Shown here piece by piece: positions 37,536 through 48,895 of a DNA stretch of 64,000 nt. Within the stretch, counting starts at the first letter, position 1; each line of letters begins with the position of its first letter. Made by a program: the position numbers and the translations under genes. Under the pieces are notes generated by a model. That model had not been told where the DNA came from and searched no databases. It saw only the letters and a list, made by a program, of their open reading frames with translations. The stretch spans positions 107,758,001 through 107,822,000 of the forward strand of contig NC_086108.1 of NCBI RefSeq assembly GCF_963921235.1, written 5' to 3'. Source of the stretch: Mobula hypostoma. Its lineage: Eukaryota.

Positions 37536-39873
37536 AACCGTGGCTGATTTATTATCCCCCCCCCCAACTCAATTCTCCTGCCTTCTCTCCATAACCTTAG
37601 TAATCAAAGACCTAACAGCTATAGAGAAAGTGCAGGTAATCAATAAGGTGAAATATCAATATGCGGTAGGTTGTGAGATTAACATTCTACAGATGCTGGA
37701 AATCCAGAGTAACCCACACAAAATGCTGGAGGAGCTTAGCAGGTCAGGCAGTATTTATGGGAGAAATGAACAGTCGACAATTCAGGTTGGAACCCTTCAT
37801 TAAGAGTGGAAAGGAAGCAAGCCAAAACCAAAATAAGAAAGTGGAGGAAAGGGAATACATCTGCCTTTACCACCATTTCTGGCAGGACATTCCACGCCAC
37901 TAACAGTATTTATGTAAAACCCTCCCTGGACATCCATTTCAGACTAAGATCTTTTTAGGATTTTCTAATATATCAGTATGGCTCTCTTTGGCTGCCCACT
38001 ACTTTGCTTGTCTCAGTAGTACCTCTCCTTTTGAAACTGGCAGCTCCCACAAAATGATAGGACCTGCAATAACCTTGTGGTGACCAGGATTCATAAATTA
38101 TTACCATAGCATCAGAGAGGGGTAGGAACAGACAAGTAAGGAAAGTGTTTAATTGGAGTAAGGGGAAATATGAAGCTATCAGGCAGGAACCCGGAAGCAT
38201 AAATTGGGAACAGATGTTCTCAGGGAAAAGTATGGAAGAAGTATGGCAAATGTTCAGGGGATATTTGCATGCCGTTCTGCATAGGTACATTCCAATGAGA
38301 TAGGTAAAGGATGGTAGGGTACAGGAACCATGGTGTAAAAAGGCTGTTGAAAATCTAGTCAAGAAGAAAAGAAAAGGTTATGAAAGGTTCGAAAAACTAG
38401 CTAATGATAGAGATCTAAAAGATTATAAGGCTGGCAGGAAGGAGCTTAAGAGTGAAATTAGGAGAGCCAGAAGGGGCTAAGAGAAGGCCTTGGCGAGCAG
38501 GATTGAGGAAAACCCCAAGGCATTCGACAACTATATGAACAGCAAGAGGATAAGACGTGAAAGAATAGGACCAATCAAGTGTGACAGTGGAAAAGTGTGT
38601 TTAGAACCAGAGGAGATAGCAGAGGTACTTAATGAATACTTTGCTTCAGTATTCACTACGGAAAAGGATCTTGGTGATTGTAGGGATGACTTAAGGCGGA
38701 TTGAAAAGCTTGAGCATGTAGACATTAAGAAAGAGGATGTGCTGGAGCTTTTGGAAAGCATCAAGTTGGATAAGTCTCCGGGACCAGATGAGATGTACCC
38801 CAAGCTACTGTGAGAGGCAAGGGGGGAGATTGTTGAGCATCTGGCAATGATCTTTGCATCATCAATGTGGACGGGAGAGGTTCCAGAGGATTGGATCTTA
38901 TTCCCATATTCAAGAAATGTAATAGAGATAGCCCAGGAAATTATAGACCAGTGAGTCTTACTTCAGTGGTTAGTAAGTTGATGGAAAAGAACCTGAGAGG
39001 CAGGATTTATGAACATTTGGAAAGGGCATAATATGATTAGGAATAGTCAGCATGGCTTTGTCAAAGGCAGGTCGTGCCTCACAAGCCTGACTGAATTTTG
39101 TGAGGATGTGACTAAACACATTGATGAAGGTAGAGCAGTAGAGGTAGTGTATGTAGATTTCAGCAAGGCATTAGATAAGGTACTCCATGCAAGACATATT
39201 GAGAAAGTAAGGAGGCATGGGATCCAAGGAGACCTTGCTTTGTGGATCCAGAACTGGCTTGCCCACAGAAGGCAAAGAGTGGTTGTAGACAGGTCATATT
39301 CTTTATGGAGGTTGGTGACCAGTGGTGTGCCTCAGAGATCTGTTCTGGGACCACTTCTCTTCATGATTTTTATAAATGACCTGGATGAGGAAGTGGAGGG
39401 ATGGGTTAGTAAATTTGCTGATGATAGAAAGTTTGGGGGTGCTGTGGATAGTGTGGAGGGCTGTCAGAGGTTACAGCAGGACATCGATAGGATGCAAAAC
39501 TGGGCTGAGAAGTGGCAGGTGGAGTTCAACCCAGGTAAGTGTGAAGTGGTCATTTTGGTAGGTCAAATATGATGGCAGAATATAGTATTAATGGTAATAT
39601 TCTTGGCAGTGTGGAGCATCAGAGGGGTCTTGGGGTCTGAGTCCACAGGACACTCAAAGCTGCTGTGCAGGTTTACTCTGTGGTTAAGAGGGCATATGGT
39701 GCATTGGCCTTCATCAACCGTGGGACTGAGTTTAAGAGCTGAGAGGTAATGTTGCAATTACGTAGGACCCTGATCAGGCCCCACTTGGAGTACTGTGCTC
39801 ACTTCTGGTCACCTTGCTACAGGACGGATGTGGAAACCATAGAAAGGGTGGAGAGGAGATTTACAAGGATGTT

Positions 39874-40539
39874 AACAACAGGAATTCTGCAGATGCTGGA
39901 AATTCAAGCAACACACATCAAAGTTGCTGGTGAACGCAGCAGGCCAGGCAGCATCTGTAGGAAGAGGTACAGTCGACGTTTCAGGCCGAGACCCTTCGTC
40001 AGGACTAACTGAAGGAAGAGTTAGTAAGAGATTTGAAAGGGGGAGGGGGAGATCCAAAATGATAGGAGAAGACAGGAGGGGGAGGGATAGAGCCAAGAGC
40101 TGGACAGGTGATAGGCAAAAGGGATACGAGAGGATCATGGGACAGGAGGTCCGGGAAGAAAGACAAGGGGGGGGGGACCCAGAGGATGGGCAAGGGGTAT
40201 ATTCAGAGGGACAGAGGGAGAAAAAGGAGAGTGAGAGAAAGAATGTGTGTATAAAAATAAATAACAGATGGGGTACGAGGGGGAGGTGGGGCATTAGCGG
40301 AAGTTAGAGAAGTCGATGTTCATGCCATCAGGTTGGAGGCTACCCAGACGGAATATAAGGTGTTGTTCCTCCAACCTGAGTGTGGCTTCATCTTTACAGT
40401 AGAGGAGGCCGTGGATAGACATGTCAGAATGGGAATGGGATGTGGAATTAAAATGTGTGGCCACCGGGAGATCCTGCTTTCTCTGGCGGACAGAGCGTAG
40501 GTGTTCAGCAAATGAAAATCTCTGTGCAGGTGGTCCCAG
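39874..40539 (-). mobile_element. Young Penelope-like element insertion
   Basis: 13-bp TSD TTACAAGGATGTT at 39861-39873 and 40540-40552. Contains the 3' part of the GIY-YIG region, the UTR and an intact hammerhead motif. Confidence 0.92.
39971..40006 (-). ncRNA. Minimal type-I hammerhead ribozyme motif, intact core
   Basis: Minus strand AGTC-CTGACGA-AGG(GTCTCGG)CCT-GAAA-C-GTC^GACT: helix I AGTC/GACT, helix II AGG/CCT, palindromic ACGT helix III, GUC site. Confidence 0.8.
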
Positions 40540-41351
40540 TTACAAGGATGTTGCCTGGATTGGGGAGCATGCCTTATGAGAACAGGTTGAGTGAACTTGG
40601 CCTTTTCTTCTTGGAGCAATGGAGGATGAGAGGTGACCTGATAGAGGTGTATAAGAAGATGAGAGGCATTGATCATGTGGATAGTCAGAGGCTTTTTCCC
40701 AGGGCCAAAATGATTAACATGAGAGGGCACAGTTTTAAGGTGCTTGGAAGTAGGTACAGAGGAGATGTCAGAGGTAAGATTTTTACACAGAGAGTAGTGA
40801 GTGCATGGAATTGGCTGCCAGCAACAGTGGTTGAGGCAGATACAATAGGGACTTTTAAGAGACCCCTGGATAGGTACATGGAGCTCAGAAAAATAGAGGG
40901 CTATGAGTAACCTTAGGTAACTTCTAAGTAAATACATGTTCGACTCAACATTGTGGGCCGAAGGGCCCGTATTGTGCTGTAGGTTTTCTATGTTTCTATT
41001 ATTGGCAGATCGATTATTTTATTTTCCTGAGAATGTGTCAATGTTTCCTGGACACACACCATTGAACTTTACAGCTATCACAGTGACATCTTGTTTTCGA
41101 GCTCCAAGCATGGGTCAATCTCGTGACTAGGTTGTAGTGGTTTGTCAATCACTATGGTATTTTATTTTGAAGAGCTATTGCTGTTACTTCTAGGCTACAG
41201 AAAGAATCTATAAAGAGGCTTCATTCAATATGATTGATGATCGATAGGCTGTCTGTGACTTGCCTGCCAAAAGTGGAACCGTTTGGAAAAGGGAATGAAC
41301 TCTTCTCGTAGAAGGGAAAAGTTCTTCCAAGCCAGGGACTCCTGCTCTCAA

Positions 41352-42264
41352 TTCAAGTCAAGTTTATTGTCATTTCGACCATAAGCTGCTGGTACAGTAC
41401 ACAGTAAAAACGAAACAACATTCCTCCTGGACCCTGATGCTGCATGAAACAACACAAAACTGCACTAGACTATGTGAGACAGCACAAGGCTACACTAGAC
41501 TACATAAAATAACATTTAAACTGCACTGGACTACAGACCTGCACAGGACTACATAAAGTGCACAAGACTGTGCAGGACAGTACAATAATTAATAAACAAG
41601 ACAATAGACACAGTAGAGGACAAATTACAATATAATAATAAATGATGTAGATGTCAGTCAAGACTCTGAGTATTGAGGAGTCTGATGGCTTGGGGGAAGA
41701 AACCGTTGCACAGTCTGGTCGTGAGACCCCAAATGCTTCAGTACCTTTTGCCAGATGATAGGAGGGAGAAGAGTTTGTATGAGGGGTGCGTGGGGTCCTT
41801 CACAATACTGTTAGCTTTGCGGGTGCAGTGCGTGGTGTAAATGTCTGTAATAGCGGGAAGAGAGACCCCGATGATCTTCTCAGCTGACCTCACTATCCGC
41901 TGCAGGGTCTTGCGATCCGAGACGGTGCAATTCCCGAACCAGGCAGTGATGCAGCTGCTCAGGATGCTCTCCTGAAGTCAACAACCATCTCTTTTGTTTT
42001 GTTCACATTCAGAGACAGGTTGTTGGTCTGCACCAGTCCATTAGCTGCTACACCTCCTCTCTGTATGCTGACTCGTCACTCTTGCTGATGAGATCCACCA
42101 CGGTCGTGTCATCGGCGAACTTGAGGATGTGGTTCGAGGCGTGTGTTGCTGCACAGTCGTGGGTCAGCAGAGTGAACAGCAGTGGACTGAGCACACAGCC
42201 CTGGGGGGCCCCCGTGCTCAGTGTGATGGTGTTGGAGGTGCTGCTCCCGATCCGGACTGACTGC
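41352..42264 (-). mobile_element. Rex1/Babar-type LINE 3' portion with internal deletion
   Basis: Minus strand encodes GAPQGCVLSPLLFTLLTHDC...KFADDTTVV; (ACTTG)n tail at ~41352. Confidence 0.85.
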
Positions 42265-42362
42265 TAGTGGCTTCTAGGTTAGCTAATAGGCCCAATAAAA
42301 GTACACACACAAAATGCTGGAGGAATTCAGCAGACCAGGCAGCGTCTATGAAAATGAATAAA

Positions 42363-42400
42363 CAGTCAACGTTTCAGGCCAAGACCCCTCATCAGGACTG
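42363..42400 (-). ncRNA. Minimal type-I hammerhead ribozyme motif in a PLE terminal repeat (~42300-42420)
   Basis: Minus strand CAGTC-CTGATGA-GGG(GTCTTGG)CCT-GAAA-C-GTT^GACTG; core intact, GUU site. Confidence 0.7.
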
Positions 42401-43879
42401 GAAAGGGAATGGGGAGAAGCCGGAACTTACTGTCATCGGCTTGTCCATGTACGCACAGGTGCAATATAAACTTACTTACAGCAGCGTCACAGGCAGGTGG
42501 AGACAGATCAACAGCACTAATAAGACGTAGAAACAGAATTTTGCTGTTCGGTCCATTGAGTCTCCTCTGCTATTCCACCATGGCTGATTTATTAATCCTC
42601 TCAGTCCCATTCTCCTGCCTTCTCCCTGTAACCTTCGACAAGATTGTAATCAGAAACCTAACAGCCCAAAGTCTCAGCCCAAAACGTCAGCTGTTTCTTT
42701 CTTTCCATAGATGCTGTCTGCTTCAACAGTATTTTGAGAGTGTTGCTCTGGTTTTACGTGATCCATTCCTTGTATATTCACGCGTCCATCTAAAAGCCAC
42801 CATCATTTCTGCCGCCACCACTACCCCTTAGGCTTGTTATAGGCACCCGCCATTCAATGTGTGGAAATCATGGCTCATATATCTCTTTTAAACTTTCCCT
42901 CCCTCACCTTAAATACACTTCCCTTAGTACTTGTCACTTAGAGTAAAAAGATTATATTTACTCTATCTGTGCTTCTCATAATCTCTCACAATCAGTTCTC
43001 CCTGTAGCCTCTGACTGAGAAGGCAACCCATGTTTGTCCAACCGCTCCCTGTAGCTAATCCAGGAGGCATCCCGGTGAACCTCTTCTGCACTCTCTTCTA
43101 AAACCTCTCAAAAATGTCATGGCCTTGTCATTTCATTCATTACGTACTGTGTCGTATGACATAAACGATCATGGTCTTTCCATGACCAGGATTATTCTTG
43201 GCAAATGTTTCTACAGAAGTGTTTTGCCATTGTTTTCTTCTAGGCAGTGTCTTCAGAAGGCTGGTGTCTTTAGAAGAGAATCAAAGCAAGGAGACAGAGG
43301 TTTAAGCTGAAAGGAGAAAGATTTAATAAAAGACTTGATAGGCAGTTCCCTTGCACAGAGGGTGGTGTGACAGTGGAACGAGCTGCCGGAGAAAATGGTT
43401 GAGGCAAGTGTAGTAACAGTATTTAAAAGACTCCTGAATATGTATAGAATCAGGTTTATTATCATTGAGGTATGTCAGAAAATTTGATGTCTTGCGGCAA
43501 CAGAACTGTGCCGTAGATGAAAAAAAATCCCTATAGGTTACAATAGGAAATACATAAAAAAATCAATAAATAGTGCAAAATGGGAGCAAAATGGTGAGGT
43601 GTGATCATGGGTTTATGAACCATTCAGAAATACGATGGCTAGTACAGGAGAGATTATATGAGCCAAGCGCAGAAAGATATGACTAGCTTGGATAGGCATC
43701 TTAGTCAGCATGGACCAGTTGGGCTGGAGGACCTCTTCCCATACTGTATGACCGTCTCTCTGACCCTATGACTTCCTTCCTGTAACATAAAGACCATTGA
43801 GGATGCAATATTCTGTATGTCTCAGGGTAACTGGGTGAAAGAAGCAGAGTACATTAAGTCCAAAAAACAGTCAGGCATC

Positions 43880-44385
43880 GTAAAAGAATTCGGCCATTCA
43901 GCCCATTGAGTTTGCTCTGCCATTTCATCGTGGCTAATTTATTATCGCTCTCAACCCTATTTTCCTGCCTTCACCCTGTAACCTTTGACAGCCTTTCTAA
44001 TCAAGAACCTATCAATCTCCACTTTAAATATACTCAATGCTTCCACAGCCATCTATGGCAATAAAATTCATAGATTCACCACCCTCTGGCTCAAGAAATT
44101 CCTCCTCATCTCTGTTCTGAAGGGACGTCCTTCTTTTCTGAGGCTGTGCCCTCTGGTCCTAGACTCCCCCACTAGAGGAAACATCCTCTCCACATTCACT
44201 CCATCGATGCCTTTCGATATTCAACAGGTTTCAATGAGATCCCCCGTCATTCTTCTAAACTCCAGTGAGTACAGGTCCAGAGCCATCAAATGCTCCTCGT
44301 ACATTAATCCTTTCATTCCTGGGATCATTCTGGTGAACCTCCTCAGGACACTCTCCAATGCCAGCAAGTTGTTTCTTAAATAAGG
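43880..44385 (-). mobile_element. CR1 3' portion
   Basis: Antisense of LERVLRRFTRMIPG...RNFLSQRVVNL and the CR1 UTR. Confidence 0.85.
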
Positions 44386-44630
44386 TATTTGTTGCATTTA
44401 TTGATACCTACAACCGTCAGGTTCCTGTAACAGCATGGATAATTACCACAGCTTTGAGCCGATTCTACAACCCACAGGCTCACTTTTGAGGACTCCTCAC
44501 AACTCATGTTTCAGTATTATTTTTTGTTATTTATACAACTGGTCTCCTTAAGTTTGCCCCCCTCAAACTCCTCTGAACTTAAACCTTTGCATCCTCTTGC
44601 TGGGAAAATATTATGCGCTGTCACCTTGTC

Positions 44631-45005
44631 TCATCATCATCATTATGTTCCATGTTGTATGACGTGGTCAGCCATGTGACCATGATTGTTCTTGGCCACA
44701 TTTTTCTATAGAAGTTGTTTGCCATTGCCTTCTTCTGGGCAGTTTCTCTACAGGACAGGTGACCCCAGTCATTATCAATACTCTTCAGAGATTGTGTGCC
44801 TGGTGTCAGTGGTCACATAACCAGGACTTGTGATATGCACCAACTGCTCATACGACCATCCACCACCTGCTCCCATAGTTTCATGTGACCGTGATCGGGG
44901 GAGGTTAAGCAGATGCTACACCTTGACAGTGTGATCTGCGGGCTAGCGAAGGGAAGGAGAGCTTTACACCTCATTTGCTAGAGACGTATCTCCACCCTGC
45001 CACTC
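44631..45005 (-). mobile_element. RTE-tailed SINE-like element (same family as 24308-24680)
   Basis: Full-length reverse-complement match with a (TCA)n end. Confidence 0.8.
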
Positions 45006-45487
45006 AATCTATGCCTCTCATGGTTTTATATCCCTCTATCAGGTCATCCTTCTGTCCCCTATCTTTCAGAGAATGAAGTTTGAGTCTACGCAACCTGTCC
45101 TTGCAACTCGGCCTTGCATGTTCAGGCAACATTATGAGTGAATTTAAACTTGACAACGTGAGCTCTTGGCTCATTGGCAAGGAGGTATATTATTGTCACA
45201 TGTAACAAGATGCAGTGAAAAACTTTTGCATGCCATCCATTTAGATCAACACTCAAAGTTCAAAATAGGCATTCACCACAGAACAAAGAAATACTAGAGA
45301 AATCAATGAAAAAAGACTGACAAACAATCAAAGTGCAAAAGAAGACAAACTGTGCAAATACAATACTAATACTAAGTAAATAAGAGATAAATAGATAAAT
45401 AATACTGAGAACATGAGTTGTAGAGTCCTTGAAAGTGAATCAATGGGTTGTGGAATCAGTTCAGGGTTGAGGTGAGTGAAGTTATCC

Positions 45488-45915
45488 TCCAACCTCATTG
45501 CATGAACATTGATTTCTTGAACTTCCAGTAATTGCTCCCTCTCCTCTCCTTCACCATTCCCCATTCCTGTTTCCTTCTCTCTCCTTATCTCCTTACCTGC
45601 CCACCACCTCCCTCTGGTGCTCTTTCCCCTTCCCTTTCTTCCATGGACGTCTGTCCTCTCCTATCTTTCTCCAGCCCTTTATCTCTTTTGCCATTCAACT
45701 TCCCAGCTCTTTACTTCACCCCTCCCCTCTCCCAGTTCCACCTATCACCTGACATTTTGTACTTCTTCCTCCCCTCAGCCCACCCTGATGGTAGACTTCT
45801 CCTATTCCTTTCCAATCTTCAAGAAGGGTCTCGCCCCGAAACATCGACTGTTTACTCTTTTCCACGGATTCTGCCTGACCTGCATTTTGTGTGTGTTGCT
45901 TTAGATTTCCTCATG
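45488..45915 (+). mobile_element. PLE 3' fragment inserted in a Rex1/Babar UTR
   Basis: 10-bp TSD GAAGTTATCC at 45478-45487 and 45916-45925; degenerate hammerhead at ~45813-45850. Confidence 0.8.
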
Positions 45916-46170
45916 GAAGTTATCCACACTGGTTCAGGAGCCTGATGGTTGAAGGGTGATAATGCCATACGTCATCACATCGAGGTTGTAGGATGAAACC
46001 TGAGTGCTGAATGGAGTGTTAACAGTTGCAGAGGAGGTGTAGTATCGGTGTACAAATAAAATGCGTGTGCCATAGAAGTGGTTGGATCCACACACCCACC
46101 ACTTTCTGTGTATAAAAAATCTACCTCTGGCATTCCCCCCTATCTTTCTTCCAATAACCTTAAAAATATG

Positions 46171-46311
46171 GAGTCCTGACGAAGGGTCTCAGCCTGAAAC
46201 GTCGACTGTACCTCTTCCTAGAGATGCTGCCTGGCCTGCTGCATTCACCAGCAACTTTAATGTGTGTTGCTTGAATTTCCAGCATCTGCAGTATTCCTGT
46301 TGTTTGCATTT
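46171..46311 (+). mobile_element. 141-bp PLE terminal-repeat insertion beginning at the hammerhead motif
   Basis: 11-bp TSD TTAAAAATATG at 46160-46170 and 46312-46322, inside a CR1 remnant. Confidence 0.88.
46172..46207 (+). ncRNA. Minimal type-I hammerhead ribozyme motif, intact core
   Basis: AGTC-CTGACGA-AGG(GTCTCAG)CCT-GAAA-C-GTC^GACT. Confidence 0.8.
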
Positions 46312-46529
46312 TTAAAAATATGCCTGCTGTTTTAGCCATTTCTGCCCTGGGAAAAGGTCATTGGCTGACCACTCGATCTGTGCTTAAACATTAAATGCAT
46401 ACCCAGAGACATCAAATGCCCCTGATACATTCAATATGGGGATCAAAATATTTCCAAGTGTGGTCTGCCTTTTCCTCAGCCTCTGTAACCAGAATGAGAA
46501 TTGGGGAAAAAAAATCCAATTTCAACTCC

Positions 46530-46965
46530 CCATTCAGGCCACCCTCTCAACTCTTCTCTTCTCCTTACCTGCCTGTCTTCTCCTCTGGTTCCCCTCTTCC
46601 TTCCCTTTCTTCCACGGTTTACATTCCTCCCCAAACAGATTCATTCTTCTTCACCCCCTTACCTCTTCCATCTATCACCTCCCAGCTTCTCACTTCATCC
46701 TCCCTCTTCCACCCTCTCACATTCCGCCTCGCCTTGTCTCACCTATTGCCTGCCAATTTATACTTCTTCCCCTCCCCTCCCCTCCCTCCCCAACTTCTTA
46801 TTCTGGCTTCCTGCTTCCTTTCCAGTCCGGATGAAGGGTCTCGATCTGAAACATCAACTGTTTATTCCTCTCTGTTGATGCTGCCAGTCCTTCAGAGTTC
46901 CTCCAGCATTTTGTGTGTGTGTGTGGAGCTCTGGATTTCCAGTATCTGCAGAATCTCTTGTGTTT
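46530..46965 (+). mobile_element. PLE 3' UTR/terminal repeat, hammerhead core mutated
   Basis: Pyrimidine-rich UTR, then CAGTC-CGGATGA-AGGGTCTCGATCT-GAAA-CATC and the PLE tail. Confidence 0.75.
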
Positions 46966-47629
46966 GTGTAATGCAAAACAGATTGGCCTGGAGAAACTGA
47001 ATGAGGAATTATTTCTGGAGCGATTTGCTTGCTTTTATAGTTAACTATTCTCATGTGTGACTGGTGCGCTGTCTGTGGGCTCAGACTATCTTGAGGTCAC
47101 TAACCCAGAGGAGGTAACCTTGCCTTATGTAGTGAGCTTAGCGCCAGAATACGTACAGTCAGCACCACAATTCCAAGCCATTAATCAGCATCCTGTTCAA
47201 AAGCACAGCAATTTTTTTAATCCCCCACTTTGTCTATCTCTCACTCCCTGCCAAGTTTCTCTCCTCCCTGATCTGTGGCCAACCTCAATGTGTTGTGTAT
47301 CTCTGGGTGGCTCTCACTATCTCGAGCGGCTGTTCTTAAACGAATGAGAGGGAGGCAAGGACACATGGGGGTCAGGCCTACGTCCGTTCCCAGCCACACA
47401 CAAACGCTCTTCAGCAAGAGACTCTAGGTTGTCAAACCTCCAGCTTTGTGTTGCTCTAAACCTGTCACACACCCACCATGTTACAACTCTGCTTCTGTGT
47501 GTAGGCCTTGAAAAAAAAGTTCAGAGCAGGACAAATTCCCAAACTGCCGTTGCAGAGCTGTGCCTGAGAGGATGGGTCACTCTCAAAACTGAATTTCACA
47601 CTGCCTGCGCTCTCCAAACAGTGTAAAGT

Positions 47630-48190
47630 AAGATCATAAGACATAGGAGCAGAATTAGGGCATTCAGCCCATCGAATCTGCTCTGCCATTCCATCATGGC
47701 TAATTAATTTTCCCTCTCTACCCCATTCTCCTGCCTTTTCCCTGTAACATTTAATGCCCTGATTAATCAAGAACCTATCAACCTCCACTGTAAGTATATC
47801 CAATGACTTGGCCACCACAGCCACCTTTGGCAATGAATTCTACATATCCACCACCCATTGGCTGAAGAAATTTCTCCTCATCGCTGTTCTCAATGGACAT
47901 CCTTCTATTCTGAGGCTACACCGCTATAGGAAACATCCTCTCCACATCTACTCTATCTATGCCTTTCAATATTCAATGTTTCAAAGAGATACCCCCTCAT
48001 TCTTCTGAACTCCAGCAAGTACAGGCTCAGAGCCATCAAACACTCCCCATATGTTAACCCTTTCATTCCTGGAATCATTCTCTTGATCCTCCCCTGAACC
48101 CTCTCCAAAGCCAGTACATCCTTTCTTAGATAAGGGATCCAAACCTGCTCACAATACTCCAAATACAGTCTGTGCAATGCCTTATGTGGC
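47630..48190 (-). mobile_element. CR1 3' portion
   Basis: ORFs 47953..48192 and 47465..47833 (LEYCEQVW, LERVQ). Confidence 0.85.
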
Positions 48191-48433
48191 ATAAATATCG
48201 CGCTTGCACAAGCTCAGGGCTATTGTAGAGACATAAATGGCTGTGGATGTTGGAATCTGGAGCAACACACAAAATGCTGGTGGAACATCATGGGTCGAGC
48301 ACCATCTGTGGAGGCGGGGAGGCGGGGGGTGGGAGTGGGGGGAGTTGGTTGGGGGATATCAGCCCAAGTGAAGAAGAAAAGAAAGAAGATTAGTTTTATT
48401 TGCCATATTAAGATGGAAGCATGTAGTGAAATA

Positions 48434-48763
48434 TCTCTTCCCCATTCCTCTCCACTTTCTCTCCCTATCTCTCCTCTTCTCCACCTCTCTCTTTCCCCCT
48501 TCCATCACTCTCTCTTTCTCTCCCCTCCCCCTCCCTGCCCCTCCCTCTTTCCCTCCCCCTCTCTTCCTCTCCCTCTTTCTCTCCCCTCCCCCTCCCCGCA
48601 TCTCTCTTTCTTTCCTCCCCCTTCTTGCCTGTCCCCTTCACCTCCCTTCATCACTGCCTCTTCCTCTCTCTCTCGCTCTCTCTCTATCTACCTCTTTCTC
48701 TTTCTCTATCTCTATTTCCATTTCTATCTCTATCCCTCTCCATCTCTCTCTCCCTTTTTCTTT
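48434..48763. repeat. ~330-bp C/T-rich low-complexity tract
   Basis: Almost purely pyrimidine on the + strand (CTCTCT/CCCCT runs). Confidence 0.95.
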
Positions 48764-48794
48764 TAAATCGTCCTTTGGAATCCTGCCCGGTTGT

Positions 48795-48895
48795 GCATTG
48801 GCTGAGACCCATGTTACGCAGATTAGGCACAGAAGAGTTAATATTTAAATAAACTGGTTACTATTTGCTTACTCAGTGGATTGTATAAAGAACAA
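48795..48895 (+). promoter_or_regulatory. Candidate HNF1/forkhead/bZIP + TATA promoter
   Basis: ATTGG 48797, GTTACGCA 48813, GTTAATATTTAAA 48837-48849, TATTTGC 48862 and TATAAAG 48884, all in unique sequence. Confidence 0.4.

Larger units (their letters stand above)
38098..40998 (+). mobile_element. CR1 LINE, 5'-truncated, interrupted by a PLE
   Basis: ORFs 38490..38813, 39009..39572 (QHGFVKGRSCLT, KFADD), 39749.. and 40455..40910. Same subfamily as 2736-5232. Confidence 0.95.

Noticed and set aside
48290..48852. Pro/Ser/Leu-rich ORFs
   Set aside because: Translation artefacts of the C/T tract. The same applies to ORFs at 45532-45945 and 46395-47000 in PLE UTRs.
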